A stretch of DNA of 64,000 bases. It comes from Octopus sinensis. Taxonomy: Eukaryota. The stretch lies in assembly GCF_006345805.1 (NCBI RefSeq), contig NC_042997.1, forward strand, positions 20,894,001 through 20,958,000, written 5' to 3'. The position numbers and the translations under genes are program-made. The notes beneath the pieces are model-generated. The model did not search any database, was not told the origin of the DNA, and worked only from the letters and a program-made list of their open reading frames with translations. Shown here one piece after another: positions 25,436-37,479 of this stretch. How positions within the stretch are numbered: position 1 is the first letter of the stretch; every line of letters starts with the position of its first letter.

Positions 25436-26436
25436 AAACCATAGAACGTCACTGGAAGATGATGGGCAATCTGGAAGACCTACTACGAGCGTCACCCCCG
25501 GAAATGTGGTATTGTGCATCGAAAGGCGGCGAGCTGGCAGAATCGTTAGCACGCCAGGCGAAATGCTTAGTGGTATTTCGTCTGCCGCTACGTTCTGAGT
25601 TCAAATTCCGCTGAGGTCGATTTTACCTTTCATCCTTTCGGGGTCGATAAATTAAGTATCAGTTACGCACTGGGGTCGATGTAATCGACTTAATCCGTTT
25701 CTCTGTCCTTGTTTGCCCCCTCTGTGTTTAGCCCCATGTGGGTAGTAAAGAAATAGAAATAGGTATTTCGTCTGCCGCTCCGTTCTGAGTTCAAATTCCG
25801 CCGAGGTTGATTTGCCTTTCATCCTTTCGGGGTCGATTAAATAAGTACCAGTTACACACTGGGGTCGATGTAATCGACTTAATCCGTTTGTCTGTCCTTG
25901 TTTGTCCTTTCTGTGTTTAGCCCCTTGTGGGTAGTAAAGAAATAGATATTGTGCATCGAGAATTCGTCCCTCAGGGTCATACCGTCAATCGAGAGTTCTA
26001 CTGTGAGGTTTTGAAGCATTTGAGGGAGGACATTCGGCGAAAGCGACCGAATCTGTGGAGCGAGAAGAATTCGATTCTTTACCGAGGTCTCCTCACTCGT
26101 GAGCTTCTCGCCAAAATCTACAATGTATTGCTTCCGCCCCCGTCTTATTTGCCAGATTTAGCACTTGCAGACTTCCATCTCTTTCCCAAGATAAAAATGC
26201 AGCTCAAAGGTTGCCGTTTTAACAACGTTGTCGAGATCAAGAGCGAATCGCAAAAGGTCCTCGACTCGCTTACCGAAAGCAACTTCCAGGCTGGATTCCA
26301 AAAGGGGCAGGAACGCTGGGACGGTGTATTGCCGCGCAAGGTAACTTTTTTCAAGGGGATGGTGTTAAAACTTAGGTAAATAAGTTATTTGTTATTAAAC
26401 ATAACTAGTCCGTGAAGCTTTTGGTACCACCTTGTA
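25436..26436 (+). mobile_element. Mariner transposon remnant (internally deleted transposase, 3' TIR), interrupted by a SINE dimer
   Basis: RTSLEDDGQSGRPTTSVTPGNV joined to IVHREFVPQGHTVN...RRKRPNLW...PSYLPDLALADFHLFPKIK (YSPDL-like motif); ends ggtaccaccttg followed by TA at 26435-26436. Confidence 0.88.
25523..25946 (+). mobile_element. SINE family A dimer with a 13-bp TSD
   Basis: TSD tattgtgcatcga at 25510-25522 and 25947-25959; second unit starts at 25762. Confidence 0.93.
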
Positions 26437-27698
26437 TGTGCCTGGTGTAACAAGCAATACGCTGACCATTCTGTAGAAGTGACCACATCAAATCATTATT
26501 ATTAAAACATCATTTCAAAGTTTTAAAGCTTTCGAACCAAGCCATTTAGTAGCAGCAGTTAGAATTTTGGGTCCATGAACAACAGTATCATATCAACATA
26601 CCCAGTTAATTTCATTTTTAATGCTAATAATACCCAAAGATTTTAACTTTGGGACACGCCAGCGATTAAGTACAGAATTGTTAATAATAATAATAAATAA
26701 TGAGTTAACGGTAGAGCATCAATAATATTACTCTATTTAGCCGCCAAGTTTTTCGTAAATCTTAGGAACAACATGTTGGATAATTCAGTACCAATTATAT
26801 TAAATCAAAATCCAGAATCGTGAAATTTATAGCGAGTTTGCACCTGTAGCATGTAATTTTATGGAAAAAATGGAAATAGTAAAGCCAATGGTTTGGGCCA
26901 TTTTATCAAGATAGGAATAGGAATGAAAATAGATTTGTGTTCTGTTATCAAAGAATCATAGCAATAGTGATATAGGAAGTGAGCGTGTATTTTAGTGGTT
27001 TCTGCATAAAGTAGAATAGTAAGACATGCGCAAAGAGGAAGAATATACAGCATCAAAGTCGAGGTGTTTATTGGTCAATGCCTGAGCACAGGTTTTACCA
27101 GTAATACCAGTACTTTAAGTATTTGAGCAGAAGGGCCAAGTAATGTGATTACACCTCTGCAAATGAGGAGTTTAAAAAGAATATGGGAATGAACTGGAGG
27201 GAAAATAAGCGGTTAGTGATATGAGAGTGGGTAATATTTCACACATTTGTTATGATATAATAATTTTTTAAAAACTCTTTTCACGACAAGAGGAGTAAAT
27301 GAACCTTCAAGACTGGGTATGACCAGAGTAAAATAACTACAAATCTGAAGCTTGTGCAAGCAAAGATTAAGTTTAGAAAGGGACTGGGTCAAATTTGAAA
27401 AATTCACGAAGGACAGCTTATTGGAGAAGCAGAGCCATAGTGTGTAAGATGAGGCGAATAAGAATGAAGTTGGTAGGCTGATAGATACGTATGTGCACAC
27501 ATTCCCAAACTCTACAGCTAGTGACTTTCCTCTTAACACATACCTGACTTTTCAGCTAACTACGCATCTCCACCATATACTGCAGCATATCCTTCCTTTT
27601 AATAACAAACCACATTACTAACTTTGTATATTACTATGACTTTTATATTCCAACTCTTAGAGTCTTTTACTTGGGACTATCTCTCTTCCCTAAATATT

Positions 27699-27930
27699 TA
27701 TTTCTTTACTACCCACAAGGGGCTAAACATAGAGGGGACAAACAAGGACAGACAAAGGGATTAAGTCGATTCCATCGACCCCAGTGCGTAACTGGTACTT
27801 AATTTATCGACCCCGAAAGGATGAAAGGCAAAGTCGACCTCGGCGGAATTTGAACTCAGAACGTAACGGCAGACGAAATACGGCTACGCATTTCGCCCGG
27901 CGTGCTACCGTTTCTGCCAGCTCGCCACCT
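27699..27930 (-). mobile_element. SINE family A, full-length, 19-bp TSD
   Basis: TSD tctctcttccctaaatatt at 27680-27698 and 27931-27949. Confidence 0.95.
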
Positions 27931-29371
27931 TCTCTCTTCCCTAAATATTAATACCTTTCCATTTCCCTCGTGCTAAAATTCATCAATTTTAAAAAAACAA
28001 TTATTATCAATTTTCTCGTTAAATTTATGCATCAGAATAAAAGAAAATATCTACACTGGTTTGCTTTTCATTATAGGACTGCTTTGTTTAAGGTTTACCT
28101 CTGACTAAACAACGTCAACTGTCGTAAATACAAGTTGATTGTAATCAAATTACTAGTCAGTTTATTTGGGCATAATTTCTATATGCACTCTCTTAATCTT
28201 ATTTTATTGAAAACAAATTCTCTTCCATTTCACTAGACATGTATATGGCACTATATAAGTCCTGGTTTGACAACTAACAATCACAACTGTCTTTTGACAA
28301 GATTCTAGAATAATAACCAAAACTCGTATACATACTTCATTTTACTGTCAATTTCTCATCAAATATCGCGCAATTCGAAAAGTCATATGAAGGCATCAAG
28401 TAAAAATCAAAGCCAAATTGCCTGATTAGTATAACAATTATGTTATTGATGTTCAAAGATTACTCAATCTTAATTATAACTTTTTAAGTCTGATTATGTG
28501 CAGTCTTAATTAGAAATATTTTCCAAATTTACAACAGATAGCAATATCCTATAGCTGATCTAAAGCTATATTTGAATTTGTCATTACAATAAATAATAAT
28601 ATTGCAGGCTGAACCTGTTCTTCTAGTTGAACCTGTGCTTGAGGCAGCTACAGGCTGGCTGCAATCTGTCTGGGGAAAAGTTAGATCTTATTCTCTTCTT
28701 GAAGTCTGTACAGTTATTTAAAAAAGTAGTCAGTGTGTGATGCGCTTTGCTACGGATCAGTCATAAGAACATATTTATACCAGTTTGAATAAAGGCTTTA
28801 GGAGTATTGGCATTCCTGATCAAGTCCTCGAAAACTTGATTAATTCTGTAAAACGCCCCCTGATTAGGGATGCTGAAACTGTTTAACCAATGATTTCAAG
28901 ACACAGTATTATGTTTGTCTAATTTCGGAAGTCTTCAGGTGGTAGAGATCTGTCATACGTCAAAGTCTCGCGATTTCATTAAATTAACTCATGTCAACCC
29001 AAATTACGTGCTCTGAGCACATGGCCTCTACAATTTACAAATCAGGACGCTAGAAAAAGAGAGATCATGAGGAGAAATGACAAGAAGGTGGATGCAAAAG
29101 GTGGAAGGGTAAGAAAAAGGGAATAAGAAAAGAAAATAAGAATTACGTGCCATTTTCCCATAAAGCCGTAATAAAGGTATTTATTGTTGAATGAATCAAC
29201 GGAGAGGGGGGGGGCAAAGTCTACGATACAGCTGCTCAATCCGAGAGGATGGTGTCCTCTTATTCGCCAAAAGAAATTTGTCCATATATTTGCATTTGCT
29301 GAAAATTTCGGATCTTTGGATCTGGATTTCATATGCGTGTGCGTGTGTGTACATAGGCACATATATTTATG

Positions 29372-29436
<65 letters not shown>

Positions 29437-29445
29437 AATATATAT

Positions 29446-29750
29446 CACGTGATCACGTGACCGACCAGGCAATCAGATGTTGCTACACATCGCTGGTCAC
29501 TGCGCTACGCATTGTTTTAGCCATCAAGTGATGTCACCCCGCTGGCTAAGCGAGCTGGCCAACAGAAGAAAGAGTGAGAGAAAGCTGTGGTGAAAGAGTA
29601 CAGCAGGGATCGCCACCAACCCCTGCCGGAGCCTCGTGGAACTTTAGGTGATTTCGCTCAATAAACACTCACAACACCCGGTCTGGGAATCGAAACCGCG
29701 ATCCTACGTCCGCGAGTCCGCTGCCCTAAACACTGGGCCATTGCGCCTCC
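29446..29750 (-). mobile_element. SINE family C (tRNA-derived head)
   Basis: Reverse complement of ggaggcgcaatggcccagtg...gtttcgattccc (A and B boxes); homologous to 53951-54420 and 56813-57027. Confidence 0.9.
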
Positions 29751-29781
29751 ACACACACACACACACACATACATACATACA

Positions 29782-29827
<46 letters not shown>

Positions 29828-30317
29828 CATGTATTACATATATATACATATATATACGCGCGCGCACACATATTTATGCAAATATAGGGGTGTGTAAAGT
29901 AGCGGTGGCTTGGCGCCTACTCCTGTGGGGATTCTTGTACTCTTAATTGCTGATATGCCTAAAAAGCCGTGACAAACTTTCACCCAATGACATGTAGGCT
30001 CGAGAATAATTTACCATTAAAAATTTTTTAAGAGTCTTACTAGTGTCTTGTCTGTTACATGTAGATTCCTGAGATTGTAGATTTTATTTTAGTAGGTCTG
30101 CCTTTATTTTAGATGTTTCTTTTACTGTCATCAGATACGAATTCCCGATCGACTGCATCTATGCTTCCATGCTCATCTCCTTTATATTTAACATATGTGA
30201 AAGTAAGTGGCATATGTAAAGCATTTATATAAAGTATAGGTGCAAATTATCTACATGACACACTCAAATGTATACACATACACGCATTAGGCACACACAC
30301 ACACATATATATATATA

Positions 30318-31850
30318 CTAGCAGAGATACCCGGTGATGCTTTGGATTAAAATGGCATAGTTTGTATATATATTACAGTTGAAACAGGTGATACGGGAAA
30401 CTGTAGCATTGATGACGAAACATTTGTGGTGTAAATGATGGGCTAATTCGACTAAGTGACATGTCATGCTTCTGTTTGGAGTATTCCAGACCCTAACCTG
30501 TCGTGGAAATTTGGTGGGGAGTATGTGATTTCTGAACGCACTGAAAAGCTGTCAGTGGATATACTCTCCTTTGCAGCAGTCGGTGCTGCGTCTAACACGA
30601 CCCATCGTCTGAAGTTTTGACACCTCCTTCGGGTTTGTTGTCCTACATCACTCACGAAGTAAATTTGGAGGCAGTGTGATTGTTCATTTGTGGGTAACAG
30701 GGAAACAATAGGGGGATAAACTTGCCCTTGAACTTTGAACGTTGGCGTAAATCCATGTTCAACTATCTCCTTAGATGTACCAAACGATGTCATTTGAAAT
30801 GCAGAGTCGTATTGTCTGATAATCTTCAGAAAATCCTTTGACTGGATGGAAGTGCTTTCCAGAAGATCTATAGGGGGTTGAGGAGGAGCTGGTAGAGCTG
30901 ACAATCTTACCTTACCGTCTGAGCAGCGCATGCCATTAGTTTCATTTGGAAATTTTGGTTAAGTCTCATCTCCCTTCTGTATTGAAACTCCATCTGACGT
31001 GCTACAGCATGCGTTTGCTGATCTTGAGAAAGTGTCATCACCCATCTGTCTTGAGATTCCATTTGATGTGCTGCAGCATGTATTTGCTGATCTTAGGAAA
31101 GTTTCATTTCCCTTCTGTATTGAAACTCCATCTGATGTGCTACAGCAAGCGTCTGCTGATCTTGAAGAAGTGTCGTCTCGCTTGTCTTGAGACTCCATTT
31201 GACATGCTGCAGCATGTATTTGCTGATCTTGGGAAAGTTTCATCTCCATTCAGTATTTAGACTCCGTTTGACGTGCTGCAGCATGCATTTGCTGATCTTG
31301 GGAAAGTCACATCTCTTTTTCTCTCTTCAGACTACATTTGATGCGCTGCAGCATGCATTTGCTGGTCTTGAGAAAGTCCTATCTCCTTTATCTCTTGAGA
31401 CTCTCGCCTTTGGTTTTCTTCAATCTTCCTTGCTTTATACTTGTTTCTGGAGATATTACATCCTTTCTTTGGTGGCATCTTTCACTATTGTAAACAAAAA
31501 ATTATGAACATAGAAAAAATTGTACGTTAATCTCTATTTTTAAGCAGTTGTATGTATGTAGTATAAACAGTATTAAGGTCTTATCAAAAGTGAAAGAATA
31601 AACGTGAAACAATATTATACCGCTAAAAATAATCGGAAAGGTCGTATAGGGGAGCTACAGCCCCCAATATGGGCAAGGGCCAAAATTTAACCCCACACCC
31701 CTAGAACCTTCCTCGAGTAATGAAAAACCTTCATGCCAAATTTGGTACAGATTGATCCAGCGGTTTGGCCGTTCATAGAGGATACACACACACACACAAA
31801 CATACATACACACACACACACAAAGTGAATTATATATATATATATATATA
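30318..31850 (-). mobile_element. Internally deleted Helitron retaining the RepHel N-terminus
   Basis: 3' CTAG at 30318-30321 followed by T on the minus strand, degenerate subterminal hairpin; ORF 30464-30931 GKVRL..LPAPPQP...FLKIIRQYDSAFQMTSFG...PTFKVQGQVY...LQIYF; 69-bp coding repeats at 30960-31400; 5' end lies in a (TA)n run preceded by a Helitron-like microsatellite/aacggccaaaccgctggatc..aaatttggc block. Confidence 0.85.
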
Positions 31851-32188
31851 TATACTCTCACATCCACGTGTAAAATACCTACACAGACGTTGTCACACAG
31901 CGTACGTATATGTATCAGTGCCTGTAAGCGGATGCCAGCATACACGTCTGTTTTTGTACAAGACAAATTAATATATCTAATACATGGCGAATGCTTGTAT
32001 GGTTTTCTGATTTTTAAACTAGAATTTCAAATAACCAGCCTGAAATTGAAACGACTGCATCTCCCATTGATTACAATCTACTAGGCATGATGTTGCAAAT
32101 AGAAATGTTATATCTTACTAGTAATTCCATTCATCCCACAGACATAAAACCATACAAATGAAGGTGTAAAGACCTAGCTTCTCCCTGC

Positions 32189-32388
32189 CTGAGGTTTGAA
32201 ACCAAATCTATCCGCTTGTTTGTCAAAACAAGTGCAAAATCCTTTCCACACCAGATGATTGATGGGAAACACTTGACTAGCACTGGTCCTTGGCGGTCAA
32301 GTGATTCTTCATCAATCAAGTGGCGTGGAGAGGATTTTCCGCTTGTTTTGATAAGCAATAAGCGGGTAGATTCGGTTTCAAATCTCAG
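32189..32388. repeat. 200-bp foldback (about 90-bp imperfect inverted arms, 16-nt spacer); candidate MITE or hairpin
   Basis: ctgaggtttgaaaccaaatctatccgcttg...cacttgact (32189-32278) is the reverse complement of ggtcaagtg...gcgggtagattcggtttcaaatctcag (32295-32388) at roughly 80% identity by eye. Confidence 0.85.
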
Positions 32389-34391
32389 AAAGGTACCCAC
32401 TATAGCTCTGCTAGGAAGCAGTTTCGTCGTTGGTGGTGGTGATGACGAATGATGATTGAAAATAAAAGGGAATAAATGCTAAAATATAAGTACGTATATC
32501 TAAATGTGACTGAATATCCAGAGGATTTAAAAGATGAGAAACAAGCTTTAATACTCGAAACTTCCGTGTGTACGATGTTAGTGGGTTTTTTTCGATATTG
32601 TCACTATACCTGCAGCAACCACAATAATTCTAGACAGAGTTTGATACAATTATTCATGCACAAATAGAACAGTTTACTCAATGACTGACAATGAGATTTA
32701 TTGACTGTTATTGTGAAAACCACTTGAACTGGAATCTGTAATCGGGAAAGAGTGAATAGCCGATTGGTGTCAGAAGGTCTCAGTGTAATGCTTAGCACAA
32801 TGACATGTTTTCCACAATATAACAATGTCGCCTTCATTCATGAGATCATTAAATGGGTTATTCGAATTCTTGTTCAATTGCAAAACCCATTAACTTTATT
32901 TACATTCTGCAATAGCATTACAAAGACTGTTCGTAATTTTTCGTTTTGCTTTATTATTTCTGCTTAAAGTTTTTTGTTGTCGATATATTGCCTGTCCCTT
33001 CCTTGTTTTTTGTTTGCTTGGGTTTTTTTTTGCAATGGTTTTTCTTTTCTTTTTATCCATGATATATAGAACAATAAAACTTCGCAGGATAGGCCTTACA
33101 GTGTATGATAATGGCTAATTATATCAGATTGCAGTGCACTGTAGGTCAAAACAAAATTATCTGCCCTATCTGTTGTCATATTGATATGGGTCACTAACAA
33201 GAAGTTTTCTGGAGAGAGATATTACAGTATTCACCAAAATTAGATTATATTCAAAGATAGGAAAAGTGATTTACCGAAAGGATATCTGATTTTTTATTAC
33301 TGATACGTCTTACATCTTATAAATATTTAAGAAAAACAAATGATATGGAAGCATGTGTCATAAAATGTCTATGCAACTAATATTAAGTTTATCACAGTAC
33401 GTATCCGACCGATTTAGTTAAATTGCACTCCTCTATCGTCAAATTGTTATTCATCAATCAAGGGAGGTCTGCTTTAAGTTTATCAGGAGATATTTGAGAA
33501 TAATTCGGTGGCTCGAAACGAGTTCGTTTATCTTTTATTTATAGAACGTCAGTAGGGAGTGATATCAATTTTGTCTGATGACAGAAACATTTGCTTTTTA
33601 ATCTATTCCCAATTGTTTCGATTTTAGTTTTGTCCATGTAATGTTAGTTGTCTGTCCTGAAACACGTGTAACGAATCTTGCATGCATGAAGCGGATTCGA
33701 TCCACCATAGCCAAATTTAAATCAACACTGCTACAGAACGTTTCCCACGGCGGACCAATGGTTTTTCTGTGACAGCAGTTTTTACATCTTCCAGATGCCT
33801 TTTAGCTAGGCCGAAACAATGTCTTCACCACTTGACCCTTTCTAACCTCTTCTACTTCACCAAAGGCTAAAATAGATAACAAGACCACCAACTAAATCTA
33901 GTGTTCTCAACGATATATCTATCCTTCTGGATCTTTATATAAGCAAACACCCCCCAAGCAAAAATCAGTCAGTAGCTTGTCGGCAACTGAACAAGTTATT
34001 TCGCGATGACTGAATTAGTAACGAAAGGACTGCTAGCATTTAATGGTCAGAGAGAGAAAGAAAATTTCCTACCAGCAACTTCAGACAACGTCCCACACTC
34101 TCTCACTCTCACTAGATCGAACTCTGTTCTCTTACAACATCATTCTATCTGTCTCCACAATTACTACTAAACAATGAAGAGGACACAAACACAAACTTTA
34201 CTTCTCATGCTTTTGGATTTATCAAAACCTGCCCATCGAGGCAAGGTATTGTAACGTAACGGCAAATAAACATTTCCTTAAAACTTCATGCATTGTTCAT
34301 CTTACACATTTTACAACTTGTCGTTTTAACAACAAACTCTTATCGTCACAACTACTGACTATCAACATCATTAATAATATTATTTACCAAC

Positions 34392-34551
34392 GTAACGGCC
34401 GTATTTCGTCTGCCGTTACGTTGAGTTCAAATTCCGCCGAGGTCGACTTTGCATTTCATACTTTCGGGGTCGATGAATTAAGTACCAGTTATGCACTGGG
34501 TCGATATAATCGACTTAATCCATTTGTCCTCTTGTGGGTAGTAAAGAAAGA
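34392..34551 (+). mobile_element. SINE family A, 5'-truncated, 16-bp TSD
   Basis: TSD aatattatttaccaac at 34376-34391 and 34552-34567. Confidence 0.9.
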
Positions 34552-34619
34552 AATATTATTTACCAACCAATTTCTCCCGCTACAACTATTTCCGTTACAC
34601 TGGTGACCCTCGACTTGAA

Positions 34620-34950
34620 CCAAAAACTTAATCGTTACTATCTATGCCGTTACACACGCATTTTTCTATTTTGTTGAATGGTCATGAAGCATGTACAATA
34701 TGTTCAGAACGTATTTGATTGTTGGATCATTTAGACAGATTAGTGAATGATGTCAAGTCTTTGGAGTTAGGCTATATTGTGTGCATGAAAGCTCTCTTAC
34801 AGCGTATCAGATTGATGTAGGCAGGTCATGTGATCTATATGGAAGAAGAAAGAATTCCAAAGTCTTTACAACTCTCTCGAGAACTAAGTCTTTAGAAAAT
34901 ACTCCGTTACGAGTCGTAATTAAAACATAAAGACCGTCTTAAATATGGTC
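34620..34950 (+). mobile_element. Degenerate RTE (BovB-like) LINE C-terminal fragment
   Basis: RLM*AGHVIYMEEERIPKSL..SREL resembles RLRWAGHVxRMxxxRIPKxLLYGEL. Confidence 0.55.
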
Positions 34951-35128
34951 AGAAAAATATATTTATGTAGAAAGTTGGAAAAGAGGGGAAAAATTATGGA
35001 GAAAAATATACTTAAGGCGTCCAAGCATTTTGAAGTGAATCACATTAAACATGCAAAATACTGAAAATTTGATGCAAAGTAAGCAGTTACTATAGATATT
35101 ACTAATTCCTTTTTATGTTTAATATATA

Positions 35129-35364
35129 TTTCTTTACTACCCACACGGGGGCTAAACACAGAGGAGACAAACAAGGACAGAGAAACGGATTAAGTCGATT
35201 ACATCGACCCCAGTGCGTAACTGGTACTTAATTTATCGACCCCGAAAGGATGAAAGGCAAAGTCGACCTCGGCAGAATTTGAATTCGGAACGTAACGACA
35301 GACGAAATACGGCTACGCATTTCGCCCGGCGTGCTAACGTTTCTGCCAGCTCGCCGCCTTTTTA
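35129..35364 (-). mobile_element. SINE family A, full-length, 15-bp TSD
   Basis: TSD tatgtttaatatata at 35114-35128 and 35365-35379. Confidence 0.93.
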
Positions 35365-35514
35365 TATGTTTAATATATAATAGATTTTTTTTTTAAATGC
35401 TGATCTTATAAGCCAGTCAATGTTATAAGTGAAGAAATCTTTTAATGAATCATTACCAGCTGAAAGAGCAAGCGCCTGTCAGTCATGCAAATGACATTGT
35501 CTTTTGTTAGTGGT

Positions 35515-35590
35515 CTGAACGTAACGTCAGACGAAATACGGCTACGCATTTCGCTCGGCGTGCTACCGTTTCTGCCAGCTCGTCGCCTTT
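35515..35590 (-). mobile_element. SINE family A 5' fragment
   Basis: gaacgtaacgtcagacgaaatacggctacgcatttcgc...ctgccagctcgtcgcctt. Confidence 0.85.
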
Positions 35591-35812
35591 CCCATTTCTA
35601 AATATATTTCCGTATTCATTGATGGAGAACTCCCATATCTGTTTATTAGAATTTTCCTCATTTTTATCTGCGTCTTCGAATGTTTAACTGTTCGTTTAAC
35701 GAAAGGTTACACAAAGGAACAACTTTGATCATAATTTCTATTGAGTTTGTTATTTCGTTTGGTTTAGACTAAAATTGGCATTCTGATTTCGAAACTACAG
35801 TCAGTTTTCTTC

Positions 35813-35814
<2 letters not shown>

Positions 35815-35848
<34 letters not shown>

Positions 35849-36245
35849 TTAACGTCCACTTTCCATGCTAGCATGGGTTGGACGATTTTGATTGAGGGCT
35901 GGCGAACCAAATGGCTGCACCAGGTTTCAACCTTGATCTTGCAGAGTTTCTACAACTGGATGCCCTTCCTAACGCCAACCACTCCGAGAGTGAAGTGGGT
36001 GCTTTTTACGGGCCACCAGCGCACGGGGCCAGCCAGGCGGTACTGGCAACGACCTCGCTCGAATCTTTTTACACATGCCACTGGCACAGGTGCCAGTAAG
36101 GCGACGCTGGTAACGATCACGCTCGAATGGTGCTTTTTACGTGCCACCGACACGGAAACCAGATAGCCGCTCTGGCAACGATCACGCTCAGATGGTGCTC
36201 TTGGCACCCTACTATCACGGGCACAAGTGCTTGTAAGGCGACGTT
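35815..36245 (-). mobile_element. RTE 3'-UTR fragment with (ATG)n tail
   Basis: (TCA)n-tttaacgtccactttccatgctagcatgggttggacg; internal ggcaacga(c/t)cacgctc repeats. Confidence 0.85.
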
Positions 36246-36344
36246 TTTTTTTTTACAGATTACTCTCTGAATAAGCACAGTTATATTGCTTGTCCGTAAG
36301 TCAGCTGCTTTTATTATTTTATTGAAAACACCACGGAATATTTT

Positions 36345-36505
36345 CAGGAGTGGCTGTGTGGTAAGTAGCTTGCTTACTAACCACATGGTTCCGGATTCAG
36401 TCCCACTGCGTGGCAACTTGGGCAAGTGTCTTCTACTATAGCCTCGGGCCGACTAAAGCCTTGTGAGTGGATTTGGTAGACGGAAACTGAAAGAAGCCCG
36501 TCGTA

Positions 36506-36536
<31 letters not shown>

Positions 36537-36800
36537 GTGTGTGTGTGTGTGTGCGTGTGTGTGGTGTGTGTGTGTGTGTGTGTGTGTGTTGTGTGTGTTT
36601 GTGTTTGTTCTCCCAACATTGCTTGACAACCGATGCTAGTGTGCTTACGTTCCCATCATTTAGCGGTTCGGCAAGAGAGACCGATAGATTAAGTACAAGG
36701 CTTACAAAAGAATAAGTTCTGGGGTCGATTTGCTCGACTAAAGGCGGTGCTCCAGCATGGCCGCAGTCAAATGACTGAAACAAATAAAAGAATAAAAAAG
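36345..36800 (+). mobile_element. SINE family B
   Basis: aggagtggctgtgtggtaag...gattcagtccc head, internal (TA)/(TG)n, gactgaaacaaataaaagaataaaa tail. Confidence 0.92.
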
Positions 36801-37040
36801 AGTTGTCTTGCTTTTTACAATTTGTCCTACCTAATTTGATGGCACTGGGTTCAGAAATGCCCTCAGAAATTTTCTTTTACGTCAAGATTTTGTTAAACAG
36901 GAATTCAATTTGTTAGCAAAAGTTATCAGATTTGCCATTAAATGCAATAATGGAATTAAAAACTAACACAAACCAAATACTACCTTTTATTGTTTTAGAA
37001 ATATATTACACAAATGTTTAATTGCACATCTTAGAGTAGA

Positions 37041-37409
37041 CTAGCACTATGACCCGGCGTTGCCGGGTCATACTGCTAGTGCATGCATATACAGCTGCGT
37101 GCTTACGCACATACACGCAAGTACTGCCAAAATCTCCAACCAATCACATACAGATAGCTGGCATTCAATTGGCGCATCAAGTTTCGGGCATTTTGATTGA
37201 GTTTTGGATAGAAAATTCACAAAAAAGTCACTTCTATTAATTTTTTAATGACTTTGCGGGGTGACTGGGGAAATGTAAAGATGTGCACGACCACCCTTGG
37301 ACGGTCTTGAATGACCATAGAAAGTGTGAGCCCTCTAACTGAAAAATTGTGGATTTGTATAAAGGATACACAAACACACAGACATTTTGCCGTTTATAAT
37401 ATATAGAGA
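37041..37409 (-). mobile_element. Non-autonomous mini-Helitron (369 bp)
   Basis: On the minus strand A|TC at 37409 and CTAG|T at 37044-37041; 3' palindrome ctagcactatgacccggc-gtt-gccgggtcatactgctag. Confidence 0.88.
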
Positions 37410-37479
37410 TGTATCATTCCAACCGGAGTTTCAGCTGCTCAAAAAGTTAACTTTCTCTTTGTTACTTTGCGTGAATAAC

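Noticed and set aside
26900-27600. Possible LINE remnant on the minus strand
   Set aside because: Similarity too weak to support any motif by eye
30960-31400. Regularly spaced repeats resembling a CRISPR array
   Set aside because: Contiguous 69-bp tandem units with no unique spacers, inside a Helitron ORF, in eukaryotic DNA with no cas genes
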